DNA from: Alloascoidea hylecoeti
Lineage: Eukaryota
Length of the DNA stretch: 64,000 bases
Assembly: GCA_001600815.1 (NCBI GenBank)
Contig: BCKZ01000013.1
Location: 521,621-585,620 of the forward strand
Direction: 5' to 3'
The notes below the pieces were generated by a model. That model had not been told where the DNA came from. It did no database searches and was given only the letters and a program-made list of their open reading frames with translations. Below, piece after piece: positions 1-10,340 of the stretch (position 1 is the stretch's first letter; each line of letters opens with the position of its first letter). Both the position numbers and the translations under genes were made by a program.

Positions 1-51
1 TTACGATACTATATTATAATTTCACTCGTCTAAGTTTCTTCTACCGGTAAG

Positions 52-1165
52 CTATAAGGTTACATCAAAAATTAAATTAAAAACTAGAGGGACATTTCTT
101 GGCTCAACTACATTTATTCCTGAAGGAATAACCTGAATATTGGAATCAGTTGCAACTGCTGAAAGATTAGACAGAGCAATTGAAATCTGTAGATTGTCCA
201 TACCATAAACAAGATAGATTGATCTTAAAAAGTTATCACATAGTATAGTTAATCCCTGGCCTATATCTGTTGACTAAAGTCTAAAATAAGATCTAGAATC
301 AACCCCACCATCATCTAATTCGATTGACATGACGAGGTCCGAAAGTTTGATTTTGATAGTAACACACCCGAGGTTAAATTCAAGAATTCTTTGATCGTTT
401 GGTAAAGTGCATTCGGTCGTGATAAACGCTCCAGAAGTGTGTTTAATCCAACAGATCCTAATATTGGCGACAAAATGAAAAGTGGTAGAAGAGTAATAGT
501 GGTACTAGAATCTAAAAGTGCGCTTTGTTTAACTGGAATAGTTTTCCCATCAAAAATAATGCTGTCTAAATTGTTAGCCAAAGGTGGTCAGGGAGTTAAC
601 GGGAGATTATATAAATCTCCTGTCCTGTATATAAATTACTATCAACTCCACCAAAGATAAGAATTCCTGTGTAGGAATTAGTAGAGTGAAAAAAGAGAGA
701 AAAAACACCAGATTTTGTAAATCCAGAGTCAACCAAAGCATGCGTATAATTACGGTAACCGCAATATTCTAGACTTCCCTTGCCCGCAAAAATACCATCG
801 AATCCAAGACCAATAACCCCATATGCACGAGAGTTGCTCTTTGATAATCTCAAGGTAAACTCTTTAACTGTTTGTCTAGCAATAGATAAATCATCCTTAA
901 ACCACTCGCCTGTTGCGTTACTATTATCCGCATACTTTGTATAAAATTTATCATTAAGATGTTTATAAGTACTGGATAACGATTTATCAAAACTACCCCA
1001 ACTTAAATTGCCTGGGTTATGATCAATTTCAGCTTCTTTAGAAAGAATCCATAAATCATTCGAACCAGTATCGACTTGAACGGTAACCTTTTGAGGAGGA
1101 TTTCCAACTTCAATGTCAATACCATACCAATAACGATTCATAGATGGTAAGATGCGCATTAACAA
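52..1165 (-). pseudogene. Decayed pepsin-like (yapsin/SAP-type) aspartic protease pseudogene
   Basis: The first catalytic motif VDTGSNDLW is in ORF 596-1165. A 5-bp duplication at 618-627 shifts the frame (removing it gives YTGDLYNLPL), followed by TGA at 588-590. The second motif is mutated to LLDSSTT (ORF 315-581). After another frameshift and a stop comes ILCDNFLRSIYLVYGMDNLQISIA (normally ILGDxFLR), ending at TAG 52-54. No signal peptide or propeptide is visible. Confidence 0.85.
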
Positions 1166-1350
1166 CTATATAATTTTATTCTCAAGTGTAACACATAATT
1201 ATTTGAACAATTTGTGGTTAGTTTAACTTTTACATGAAATGTAATGAGAAGTTTATCTCGTAATATATGCATATAATGATATTATTATAATTGTATTTAA
1301 GGTTAACAATCGCACGACTTGGGGTAAAAAATTTATGGTGTTTTGTGTTA

Positions 1351-1604
1351 ATATCGTCCAATTGCTGACTGATATATTCACCAATATCAGAGAATATATT
1401 AGCCTAAAGGTTAAATTATTAATTCGGCCACATCATGCTTAAAGGTTCGACCACTTCTTGAAATTATTCGGCTACGAATTGAGCTAATATTAGGCCACAT
1501 CACTCACTAAATATTCGACCATACCGTTTAAATGATCGACCACCTTACACTAGTTTCAGGCCACCTATACTTGCAAACTAAATACTTTTTAATACATTCG
1601 GCTA
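1351..1604 (+). repeat. Degenerate array of a ~10-bp core (TATTCGRCCA-like) spaced about 21-24 bp apart
   Basis: Cores near 1351, 1375, 1397, 1421, 1444, 1465, 1488, 1512, 1533, 1555 and 1595, with non-conserved spacers. Confidence 0.7.
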
Positions 1605-3472
1605 AGCAATAAAGTTGTGCCCTTTTTTGGACACCACTCCAAATAAAAATGACAATATTATAACCAGCTCCTGTGTAACTTACAAAGCCTTAAATTGTTC
1701 TTAAAATAGCGCATAGTATTCCGTGGATTCAAGAGATTATATTAGTTGATGTAAAATAATTTTTCAAAACTAGTATTTAGTGTCTGCGCCCTTAACGCCA
1801 TAGATGGATCGGCCACCCTATCTTGCATGGACACGAAAAGTTTGTGGGAAGAGACATAAGAATTATGTAATTGCTCACCTTTACAACAAATGGAAGGCTC
1901 ATAATCACAATTCCTCCCATATGAACTTTCATGAGGAGATTCCAGATGGGCTCAATTAGATTCACAATTTAGGTCGAGTGAAAAATGCGGCCATTCCAAT
2001 ACCTCTATCTTCTCACTAAACTAACTCATCGTGATTCTAGGTTTATGTATAGGCCTGTTATCTATCTTGAATATGGAATCCTCATCAATATGATAAAAAG
2101 CCTTTCACAAAAGTTCTATGTAGGAACGTCTCATTCTTTCTATTATTACGATCCTCTATACAGTGAATTATGGCGTCCTTTCCAAGTTTAAGCCCACACC
2201 ATAGAACTAACAGACTCAAATTTCCCAATACTATAAATAGTTTTTTTCATTCAAAAGGGTTGGTATGACTGTTGTTGAGCATAGATACATGTATATATAT
2301 TTCTAGATGCCGATCCTGTACGATGGAACATTCATCACTAAATACAACACCATCTCAAATGTCATTAGACCACTCCAGCCTATATGTAGACAATACCATT
2401 TTATTCTCTTGGTTCTTTTATTTTTATACGACCATTTACATTCCATTGTTTTTACCGAATGGTGCGCAAGTTGATCCTTTAAACGTTGCAATTGGGTATC
2501 TTAATTTTGTCTAGCTTGCATATGCATAATACTTGACAAATGTATCTGGATAATTCTAAAAAGAGAAAAGAAGAAAATTTAATAAACATGATCATGATGT
2601 TATAATATTAATCCTTCTAGCACATAGCAATATTAATTATATAGTTTATATGTATTAATTTTATATATCTTCCAATCATGAATGCTCTTTAAATTTTCAA
2701 ACCTCCCAAAACCTCGAGCTGTCAATTATAAAATATATATTCCTTTTATAATTAGCTATTAATATATTGGTCTCTAGTTCTCTTATTATTCAATACTCCA
2801 ATTGCAACATTTTAAACCTTCCTCAAAACAAAGCACAAGTGCACATGATGATCAAATATCTTAATTTCTCAAGAGGTTTAGTCATTTATTTATCATAATA
2901 CAAGAGATAATGCATATGAAGAATTAGCTTATATATATTTCAAGCAGTGATGTCAATTTCTTTGATTCAGATAAAAGTATTATTTATGAAGATGAAGAAT
3001 CTTTATTTTCAGACTTTTCAATGAATATTAATCCAGATTCTTAGTTTTTAGAACAAATTATACAATACCACCTGAAGAATTTGAATCAAAGGATATCATG
3101 CCTACTAATCAACCAAATCTCTAGAAAAATCTTTCTATTGGGCATAATCATTTGCAACAAACTAATGATATTTCCAGCCAGAGAGATACTAAAAATCTTA
3201 TAAAGATTCATTTTTTATACAATATCAATCAAATAAGCGAAAATTAGGATACAAAATTACTATCGATCTTGCAATATAATAAATCAACAGCACCAGCACA
3301 GATGAAAACTTTTGCAAAAAATGTAAAACTATACACTATTATATAATTAGGTCACGAACATCATCCGCAAGCTTTCCCTACTTTATATGTGACATCTCTT
3401 GCAATTACAATAAGATTAACCATGACAATAAGACTTCTCGTGGGGTCAAAAGCTTTGACGCTGGAAGAGAAA

Positions 3473-3912
3473 ATATTACTGTTATCAGAGATAAAGACTG
3501 GTATCAACTATGAAACAAATCAATTAAGCTAATATATAAAAAGTATTCAAAAAATTATATTAAAGCTTCATAGCATATAACTGAAAGTTTGTATCCAACA
3601 AAGTTCATCAGTATTTGGTAAGATTTCAATCAACATCGACTGCATGCACGTTACTGGAAAACATATTTTCATTCCCTTTCGGACTAAGAGAGATTGTTCC
3701 AAAAGATATTTCCAGTGACATGTGAAAACAATTGATATTTATTGGTATCCCAACAGACATTGATAATGGATATAGTTTTAATGATAATAACCTTCAGTCG
3801 TGGAGGTGCATGAGTGAAGCTTTAATATATCCTTTCAACTTTTTTATTTATTAACTTGATTGATTTGTTTCATAGATTATTGACACCATTCTGATCTCTG
3901 ATAACAGTAAAT
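3473..3912. repeat. Long diverged inverted repeat (foldback), arms about 200 bp, loop about 30 bp
   Basis: ttactgttatcagagat...ctatgaaacaaatcaat...tatattaaagcttca (3477-3570) is mirrored by tgaagctttaatata...attgatttgtttcatag...atctctgataacagtaa (3816-3910). The inner arms also pair (actggaaa ~3653 with tttccagt ~3709). Confidence 0.85.
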
Positions 3913-4647
3913 AAAGGTTTTTTTTTGTTTTCTTTTGATACATTAAACTCGTTATTATCAATATTCATATTACTAATTTGGTCGACTCGAATAAAAAATT
4001 TATACTTATAACATGATCAAAGAATTACTTATAATTACTTTAATTTCATTGAGAAAGGAATTAATTAAAGAAAAAAATTAAGTAGAGTTTTAAGAGTCGT
4101 TTTTCATGGAGGAAAATATTTTATCAGTGATGAGCTTCACCCTTTGGGTATAGAAAGTACTTATAACTTTACAGGCGGCTCATTATAATTGATATGTGGG
4201 TGATTATATTTGATTATAATGTATTATGCTACCGTGTTATTTTTGGAGGTGTCTAATTATAAAGGAGCCAGTAAATTAGGATCACCACAATAGTACACAT
4301 CCTTTTTTCTCCACTTTCGCTGGACAGATCCTAATCATCTTTACATAAATATAATCTATCATAGATCATATATCTAAAGATTTTTTTAATTTCAACTATC
4401 GAGATATCTAGATAATCCTCGCTCGGGTGAAACCATTAAAAACTTCCGGGTAGAAACCTATTACAAAATATAACAAAATAAAATAATAAGATTCCCTGGG
4501 TTAATTCAAAACGGGATTTTATTATTCTATGTTGTTGAAATACATTATGATCTAGATGATCCTGAGATGAAACCTCTTTATATCTTCGCGCTTTATTATC
4601 ATCTTTTACATGGATATTTCAAGTTACTATGTAGTAATCAATATATG

Positions 4648-4732
4648 TTATCATTTAATTTTTATTATCATTTAATTTTTATTATCATTTAATTTTTATT
4701 ATCATTTAATTTTTATTATCATTTAATTTTTA
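4648..4732 (+). repeat. Minisatellite, 5 x 17 bp (TTATCATTTAATTTTTA)
   Basis: Five perfect tandem copies read directly. Confidence 0.95.
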
Positions 4733-4852
4733 TAACTTTATCAATAATCTTTAGCTAAATTTTGATCAAGTTTATAATTCTATCTTTTCTATAGACAAAT
4801 AAATTATAGCTTGCTATAGCTAGAGAGCTACATGTATATGTATCATAAATAT

Positions 4853-5968
4853 TTAAGCAGAAACAACAATACTCCATTCACTTTCATCTTCACCATATTG
4901 TAATTTAGCAATCCATTCAGCAACTTTTTCAGTTAATTCACCAGTTTGTTTACCAGGTTGTAAAGGAACTTCAATATCTTTCCCATGCCATCCAATTGCT
5001 TTAATTGGACTAACAACAGCAGCAGTTCCAGAACCAAACGCTTCAACCAATAAACCTTTTTTAGAAGCTTCAATAAGTTCATTAATTGTACAATATCTTT
5101 CAGAAACAGTCCAAATTTTAGGATCTAATTTTTCTTTTGCTAAATTAATTACAGAATCTCTTGTAACACCTTCTAAAATTGTACCATCTAATGGAGCAGT
5201 AATTAATTCTTTTTTACCAGATTCATCAGCAATAACAACAAAGAAATTCATTGTTCCAACTTCAGTTATATTATGTTCAGGACCAAATAACCATAAATTT
5301 TGTTGATAACCTCTTGAAGCAGCTTCTAGTTGTGGTTTTATACATGGAGCATAATTAGCACCAAGTTTGTTATCACCAACACCACCTGGCCATGCTCTAA
5401 CAGCATAATCAGTAGCTTCTAATTTAACAGCTTTAAAACCAGTTTTATAATAAGGACCAACAGGAGAACAAATAACATAAAGTAAAGCTTTATCAGGAGT
5501 ACCAACGCCAAGTTCGGAAGTTGTTCCGATAAGAGTTGGTCTAATATATAAAGAATAACCACGACCTTCAGGAACAAAATCTTTATCTAAATCAATTAAT
5601 TTACCAATTAATTTAATAAGTTCATCACCATTAAAAGTTGGTAAACAAATTCTTTCAGCAGATTTGTTCATTCTTGCCATATTTTTTGAAGGTCTAAAAA
5701 TACGAATATTATTATTATTATCTCTATAGGCTTTCATACCTTCAAATGATTCAAAAGCGTAATGGAAAACACAAGCAGCTGGATCTAAAGATAATGGACC
5801 ATATGGTTTAATTTCAGGATCAGCCCAACCAGAATTGATATCCCATTCAATTGAAAGCATATGTTTGGTAAAATATTTACCAAAAACCAATTGATCTTTT
5901 GGAGGGCATGTTTTTTGAGAGGATGATTTTGTGATTTTTAGCTTTGAAGCGTCGAGGGGTGCGGACAT
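4853..5968 (-). CDS. BAT2: Branched-chain amino acid aminotransferase (BAT1/BAT2 family), no N-terminal mitochondrial presequence apparent
   Basis: Class IV aminotransferase motifs FEGMKAY, LYIRPT, KLGANYAP, EVGTMN, ILEGVTRDS and EAFGSGTAAVVSP. 371 aa. Confidence 0.95.
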   Translation of the reverse strand: MSAPLDASKLKITKSSSQKTCPPKDQLVFGKYFTKHMLSIEWDINSGWADPEIKPYGPLSLDPAACVFHYAFESFEGMKAYRDNNNNIRIFRPSKNMARMNKSAERICLPTFNGDELIKLIGKLIDLDKDFVPEGRGYSLYIRPTLIGTTSELGVGTPDKALLYVICSPVGPYYKTGFKAVKLEATDYAVRAWPGGVGDNKLGANYAPCIKPQLEAASRGYQQNLWLFGPEHNITEVGTMNFFVVIADESGKKELITAPLDGTILEGVTRDSVINLAKEKLDPKIWTVSERYCTINELIEASKKGLLVEAFGSGTAAVVSPIKAIGWHGKDIEVPLQPGKQTGELTEKVAEWIAKLQYGEDESEWSIVVSA

Positions 5969-6058
5969 AATTGATAAATAGAGATGGCAGAAAAAAAGAT
6001 AGCCGGAGGAGGATTTAAGGATTATGCGTGAAATTTATACCAACCAAAAAGATGCAAC

Positions 6059-6081
6059 TGACTCATACATACCGCTTACAG
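6059..6081. promoter_or_regulatory. Gcn4-type site (TGACTCA) plus a near-Leu3-type site upstream of BAT
   Basis: TGACTCA at 6059-6065, about 90 bp upstream of the BAT ATG. CCGCTTACAG at 6072-6081 is one mismatch from CCG-N4-CGG. Confidence 0.5.
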
Positions 6082-6133
6082 CCGTGATTTTGATTTGATA
6101 TATTTATTTATATATTTACACTTTTGTATACAT

Positions 6134-7087
6134 TTATATATTCAATCCGACCCCAGAAAAAAGACCGGAAAGTCGGGATAAAAACGTAGGACGTCCCTTT
6201 TTAGCAAACCTCCCTGTTCCAATCACAAGTTTCCTTCCATGAACAGTCTCAACGTCTCCAGTTACAATAACGTCTTTTCCATCTACATTTTCCACTTTTG
6301 TTCGAACAACAACAAATTGATTTGTACGGGTTGGGAATCGATAACTTAAAGATAATCCCAAAGCTTTTGGTTTTAATCCATTAATATTAGTTTTTTCCAA
6401 AAAAGTTTCATTATCTAATAATGAACTTCGACTTAGTGTTTCATCTAATATAGTTGCTAATATACCTCCATGGACTAAAAATGGAAATCCACATAATCGC
6501 CTACCTAAATGAACAATCATAATTTCTTCTCTGGTTTTTAAATTTGTAAATATTATTGGTTTAATTGCAATTCCACCAGGTTGTGATAATGAACCAGTTA
6601 ATGAACCATCAATTAAATGTTGTTCAACTCTATCCCATGCTCTACTAATTTTCCAATCTTTTGAATTTTTCAAATTTCGAACAATTGATAAATTATTTAA
6701 TTTTATTTCTAATTTTTGACTATGTTCAATTGCTAATGGGGTATTTATTAATGGTAAAGGATCTTCAAAAAACTTATTATAAATTGTATATAATGGTAAG
6801 AAATATGCAATTCCAATACCTGATGTAAAACAAAAGAGATAAAATGGCCATTTTTTATTAGATTTAGATTTGTGGTCTTCATTTGTTGATGATGATGATG
6901 ATGATGAATATTTACTTTTTTGTAATATAAAATTTATATTATTATACCTTATAGATGATAAAATTTGCCCATTAACATTAGATCTAACATCAAATGGAAT
7001 GCTAGAAGTGATCTTAGGGATTCGATACTTTCCTTGGTGTACTTGGTGTATCAAACGATTCTGAACAGTAGATTTTAACGTGAACAT
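6134..7087 (-). CDS. FMP10: Mitochondrial HotDog-fold thioesterase, FMP10-like
   Basis: HLGRRLCGFPFLVHGGILATILDE thioesterase motif, a basic presequence-like N-terminus and one TM segment. First ATG at 7087. Confidence 0.75.
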   Translation of the reverse strand: MFTLKSTVQNRLIHQVHQGKYRIPKITSSIPFDVRSNVNGQILSSIRYNNINFILQKSKYSSSSSSSTNEDHKSKSNKKWPFYLFCFTSGIGIAYFLPLYTIYNKFFEDPLPLINTPLAIEHSQKLEIKLNNLSIVRNLKNSKDWKISRAWDRVEQHLIDGSLTGSLSQPGGIAIKPIIFTNLKTREEIMIVHLGRRLCGFPFLVHGGILATILDETLSRSSLLDNETFLEKTNINGLKPKALGLSLSYRFPTRTNQFVVVRTKVENVDGKDVIVTGDVETVHGRKLVIGTGRFAKKGRPTFLSRLSGLFSGVGLNI

Positions 7088-7374
7088 TATTGATATATTT
7101 AGAAGCAATTAGATTTATTGGAATTGAGTATCTGGAGATGTCCATATCGGAGGTTTATAAGTATACGCAAACACCCATACGTCTTTCGTAATTGGACATA
7201 TTTTGAACTATCAGAGCAAATTTATAAATAATAATTTTCCCTTTCTCCGACTTTTTTCTACTTTTCCATTCCGGAATATGTTTATTAAATTTATTAAACT
7301 TTTAAAGATGTGAAGAAAAAGACATAATGCATATGATATGATATGATAATAATAATAATTATAATGTACGTTTA

Positions 7375-8907
7375 TTATTTCTTCTTATTCCACCAACTAT
7401 TTCTTTTATTTTTATTTTTACTCTGTTCTCTAATAATTTCTTCTCTTCTTAATCTTTGTGTATAACCAACTAAACTTTCAATAACTCCTTCATAAGCTAA
7501 TTTATCCTTTTCACCTTCTTTTATTTGATCACACCAAATTGTTAATAATTTCTCACCTTCTTTAATATTTTTATTTATAATTTGAATTTGATTTTTTAAT
7601 TCTAATTCAGATAATGTTGCAAGATAAATTTTCGATTGAATTGATTCTGTATAATTTGATAAAATTAATGATGTATTATTAATTAATTTTAATCTTTCTT
7701 GTTGTGTTAATTTTAATGATTCAATTGTTGGTAATTGAAATTTTAAAATATCTAAATCAATATTTGTATCATTAATAGATTTTTCTTTTAAATGTTGATT
7801 ATTTCTTCTTGATTTAATTCTACTATTTGTTGGTGAATGATATGGTGATTTAATGATTAATTCATTTCCTTCATTCTCATTATTTGATATATTATTATTA
7901 ATTATTAAGATTTTACCAGTTTCATCATCAAATTGAAACATTGATCTTGTTTTTTTAGGTAATACTTCATCAAGATTAACTGGTACACCTAAAGAAATTA
8001 AAAAATATCTTCTAATTGCTGATTTTTTCCAATTTGGTGGTTGTAAATGTGGTGTTAATGCTAATTGTTGCCAAACTGATTTACTTCTTTCATTTAATAA
8101 TAAATTTGAATCAATTGATAATGTTGATTCAACTTCATGTTCATCTATTTGTATTTCATTATCATTATCATTATCATTGTCAATTTCATTTTCATCTATT
8201 TTTAATTCATTTTCATTTTTTAAAACTGTATTATCCGATAATGTTGAAGGAGATAAATCATTTTTACTTATAGATGATTGTATTTCTTTTTCTTTTTCTT
8301 TTTCATTTATTTGTAATTGTAATTGTGATTTTGAACCAGATTCATTAAAAGAATTATCATCATCAAAACTACTATTATCAGTTATAGTTGTGGTTGTTGA
8401 AGATGAAATATGTTGTTCAATTGATATAGTTTCTGAAGTAGTTTCAGATATAACATTTGGATATAATTGATTTAATATTTCTCTTATACTTAAATCCAAA
8501 GATGCAGAATTTTTAAAATCTAAGGTATCCAAACATTTAATTGATGTAGTTGTTATTGTTGATGTTGATGATGATTGTTGTGGTTGAGATTCAACTGTTG
8601 GTTGTTGTTCAATTTCTGCTTCTTCAAATGAATCAAATGATGCATCAGAAAAGGAACCGAAATCATCATCTTGATCTTCATTATCATCCTGATCTTCGTT
8701 ATCATTTTGATCTTGATTTTCATTTTCTTTATCGTTTTTTATACTTAGACTTAGATCGCTATCTTTTTTGTTAAGATCAGCAATATTATTTAAATCGGTA
8801 TCATTTTGTACATTTAAATTTAATTTTTCATTTGCATTTGATTTTGATTCAACGGTTTTATGATTTATAGAAATATCAGTTATATCACTTTCATTATCAC
8901 TATTCAT
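7375..8907 (-). CDS. Conserved fungal protein, DUF5102-like, acidic low-complexity N-terminus
   Basis: DDDFGSFSDASFDSFEE and WQQLALTPHLQPPNWKKSAIRRYFLISLGVPVNLDEVLP, plus C-terminal YEGVIESLVGYTQRLR. First ATG at 8907. Confidence 0.7.
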   Translation of the reverse strand: MNSDNESDITDISINHKTVESKSNANEKLNLNVQNDTDLNNIADLNKKDSDLSLSIKNDKENENQDQNDNEDQDDNEDQDDDFGSFSDASFDSFEEAEIEQQPTVESQPQQSSSTSTITTTSIKCLDTLDFKNSASLDLSIREILNQLYPNVISETTSETISIEQHISSSTTTTITDNSSFDDDNSFNESGSKSQLQLQINEKEKEKEIQSSISKNDLSPSTLSDNTVLKNENELKIDENEIDNDNDNDNEIQIDEHEVESTLSIDSNLLLNERSKSVWQQLALTPHLQPPNWKKSAIRRYFLISLGVPVNLDEVLPKKTRSMFQFDDETGKILIINNNISNNENEGNELIIKSPYHSPTNSRIKSRRNNQHLKEKSINDTNIDLDILKFQLPTIESLKLTQQERLKLINNTSLILSNYTESIQSKIYLATLSELELKNQIQIINKNIKEGEKLLTIWCDQIKEGEKDKLAYEGVIESLVGYTQRLRREEIIREQSKNKNKRNSWWNKKK

Positions 8908-9268
8908 TTTATTGTATGGTATGATACACGTATGAAGAGAAGTGAAGTTGGTTCTTAAAATTACAATGTGATGTATGGATGGATGATTATTATTAGAAAT
9001 ACAATAATACAAAATAACAATTTGCAAAATTTAAAAGTCCATTAAGATAATAAAATAAACAGAAATAAATAAAAATAAAAATAAAAATAAAAATAAAAAT
9101 AAATAAAAAAAATAAAAATATACATAAATAAAAATATAAATTAAGTAAACAAAGAAAAATATGATAAAAATATCAAACTCAAACAAACAATGCAGCAAAC
9201 ATAAAAAGAAAATATGAAATGAAAAGCAAGAAAAGAAAATTATCATTATAATCGTAATACAAAAACTC

Positions 9269-10165
9269 TTAAAAAGAACTCCAACTCCAATCAGCAGGTA
9301 CACTTCCAATAACAGGATCCAAATTTTTACCTTCTTGATTTTCATTTAAATTTTCATTTTCATTTTCATTTTCATTTCCATTTCCATTTCCATTTCCATT
9401 AATTATACCTCGTTTCTTTTTTGTTGAAATTAAATCACCAACTTTATCTTTATTTTCTTCTGCATCATTATCAAGCTGTATTGATAAATCATTTTGACTA
9501 ATTTCTTTACTATGATTGCTAATGTTATAGGAATTTTCTCTGAATATTCTGTAATCATCAAAACAGGAATCACAGACTTTTTGCAAGGAACCATTTGATT
9601 CTTCGTCTTTTAAAAATTCAGCGTTATAGTCTAGCTGGATATAATTTTCAACATGTTCCGAACAGAAGATTAATCCACATCTTCTACAATGATGGCGTCT
9701 TTCCAACCACGTAAAAGGCTTATAACATAGTGAACATGAGGTTGAAGAAGAATCGGGTTTCCAGTGGGACCTCGTTGGCGAAGAGAATATTGTCGAAGCC
9801 AGAGGTTCTTTTGATCTGTCACTGTTTGAATCTTTGGGGATTGCATTCACTGGGTTCCGGCTCACATTGGAAGCTTTCGACTTTGCGGGTGTGTTCGAAA
9901 GCGACAGGTCGGGCGACAGGTCGGGAGAGGTCAGGGAGAACGTGCTTCTGAGCACGGCCGGGACGTACAGCGGGGTCTTGGGCTCGCGCAGCTGCCTCAG
10001 TGGCTTGGGGTCGCCCCGCGGCTCGCCCCGCTCGCCCCGCGGCTCGCCACGCTCGGGGCCCGCACGTGACGGGGGGTCGGCACCCGGCTCGCGTGGGTCC
10101 CTGGGCTCGCGTGTCTCCAGCACCAAAGTTGCGATGGAGCCCCCTGAAAACTGAGAGTCTCCCAT
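9269..10165 (-). CDS. PIB2: Pib2-like FYVE-domain TORC1 activator (short form)
   Basis: FYVE domain (WKPD...CSLC...RRHHCRRCG...C...VCDSC), motif-E-like RQLREPKTPLYVPAVLR, and tail VIGSVPADWSWSSF matching the Pib2 tail motif. Likely ATG at 10165; an upstream in-frame ATG exists at 10306. Confidence 0.85.
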   Translation of the reverse strand: MGDSQFSGGSIATLVLETREPRDPREPGADPPSRAGPERGEPRGERGEPRGDPKPLRQLREPKTPLYVPAVLRSTFSLTSPDLSPDLSLSNTPAKSKASNVSRNPVNAIPKDSNSDRSKEPLASTIFSSPTRSHWKPDSSSTSCSLCYKPFTWLERRHHCRRCGLIFCSEHVENYIQLDYNAEFLKDEESNGSLQKVCDSCFDDYRIFRENSYNISNHSKEISQNDLSIQLDNDAEENKDKVGDLISTKKKRGIINGNGNGNGNENENENENLNENQEGKNLDPVIGSVPADWSWSSF

Positions 10166-10340
10166 TTTTGTTGTTTCTGCAAATTTATTTATTATTTGGA
10201 GTGGATGTCGAAATTTATTCCGGCCGTGCTGAGATGTGCCCCGCCGCAGTATTTGGCAGCACGGCAGACACGTATTCCTTTTCTTTCCAACCTCATTACT
10301 ACTCATACACAGTTCATATCCAAGTATTTGTTAGCCAACA

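Noticed and set aside
1351..1604. CRISPR-like repeat-spacer array
   Set aside because: Eukaryotic context, repeats only ~10 bp and degenerate, spacers ~12 bp, no cas genes.
9031..9345. 104-aa hydrophobic ORF and similar F/L/I-rich short ORFs (21198-21533, 24961-25236, 33784-34248)
   Set aside because: Products of AT-rich or simple-repeat UTR and intergenic sequence with no recognisable domains.
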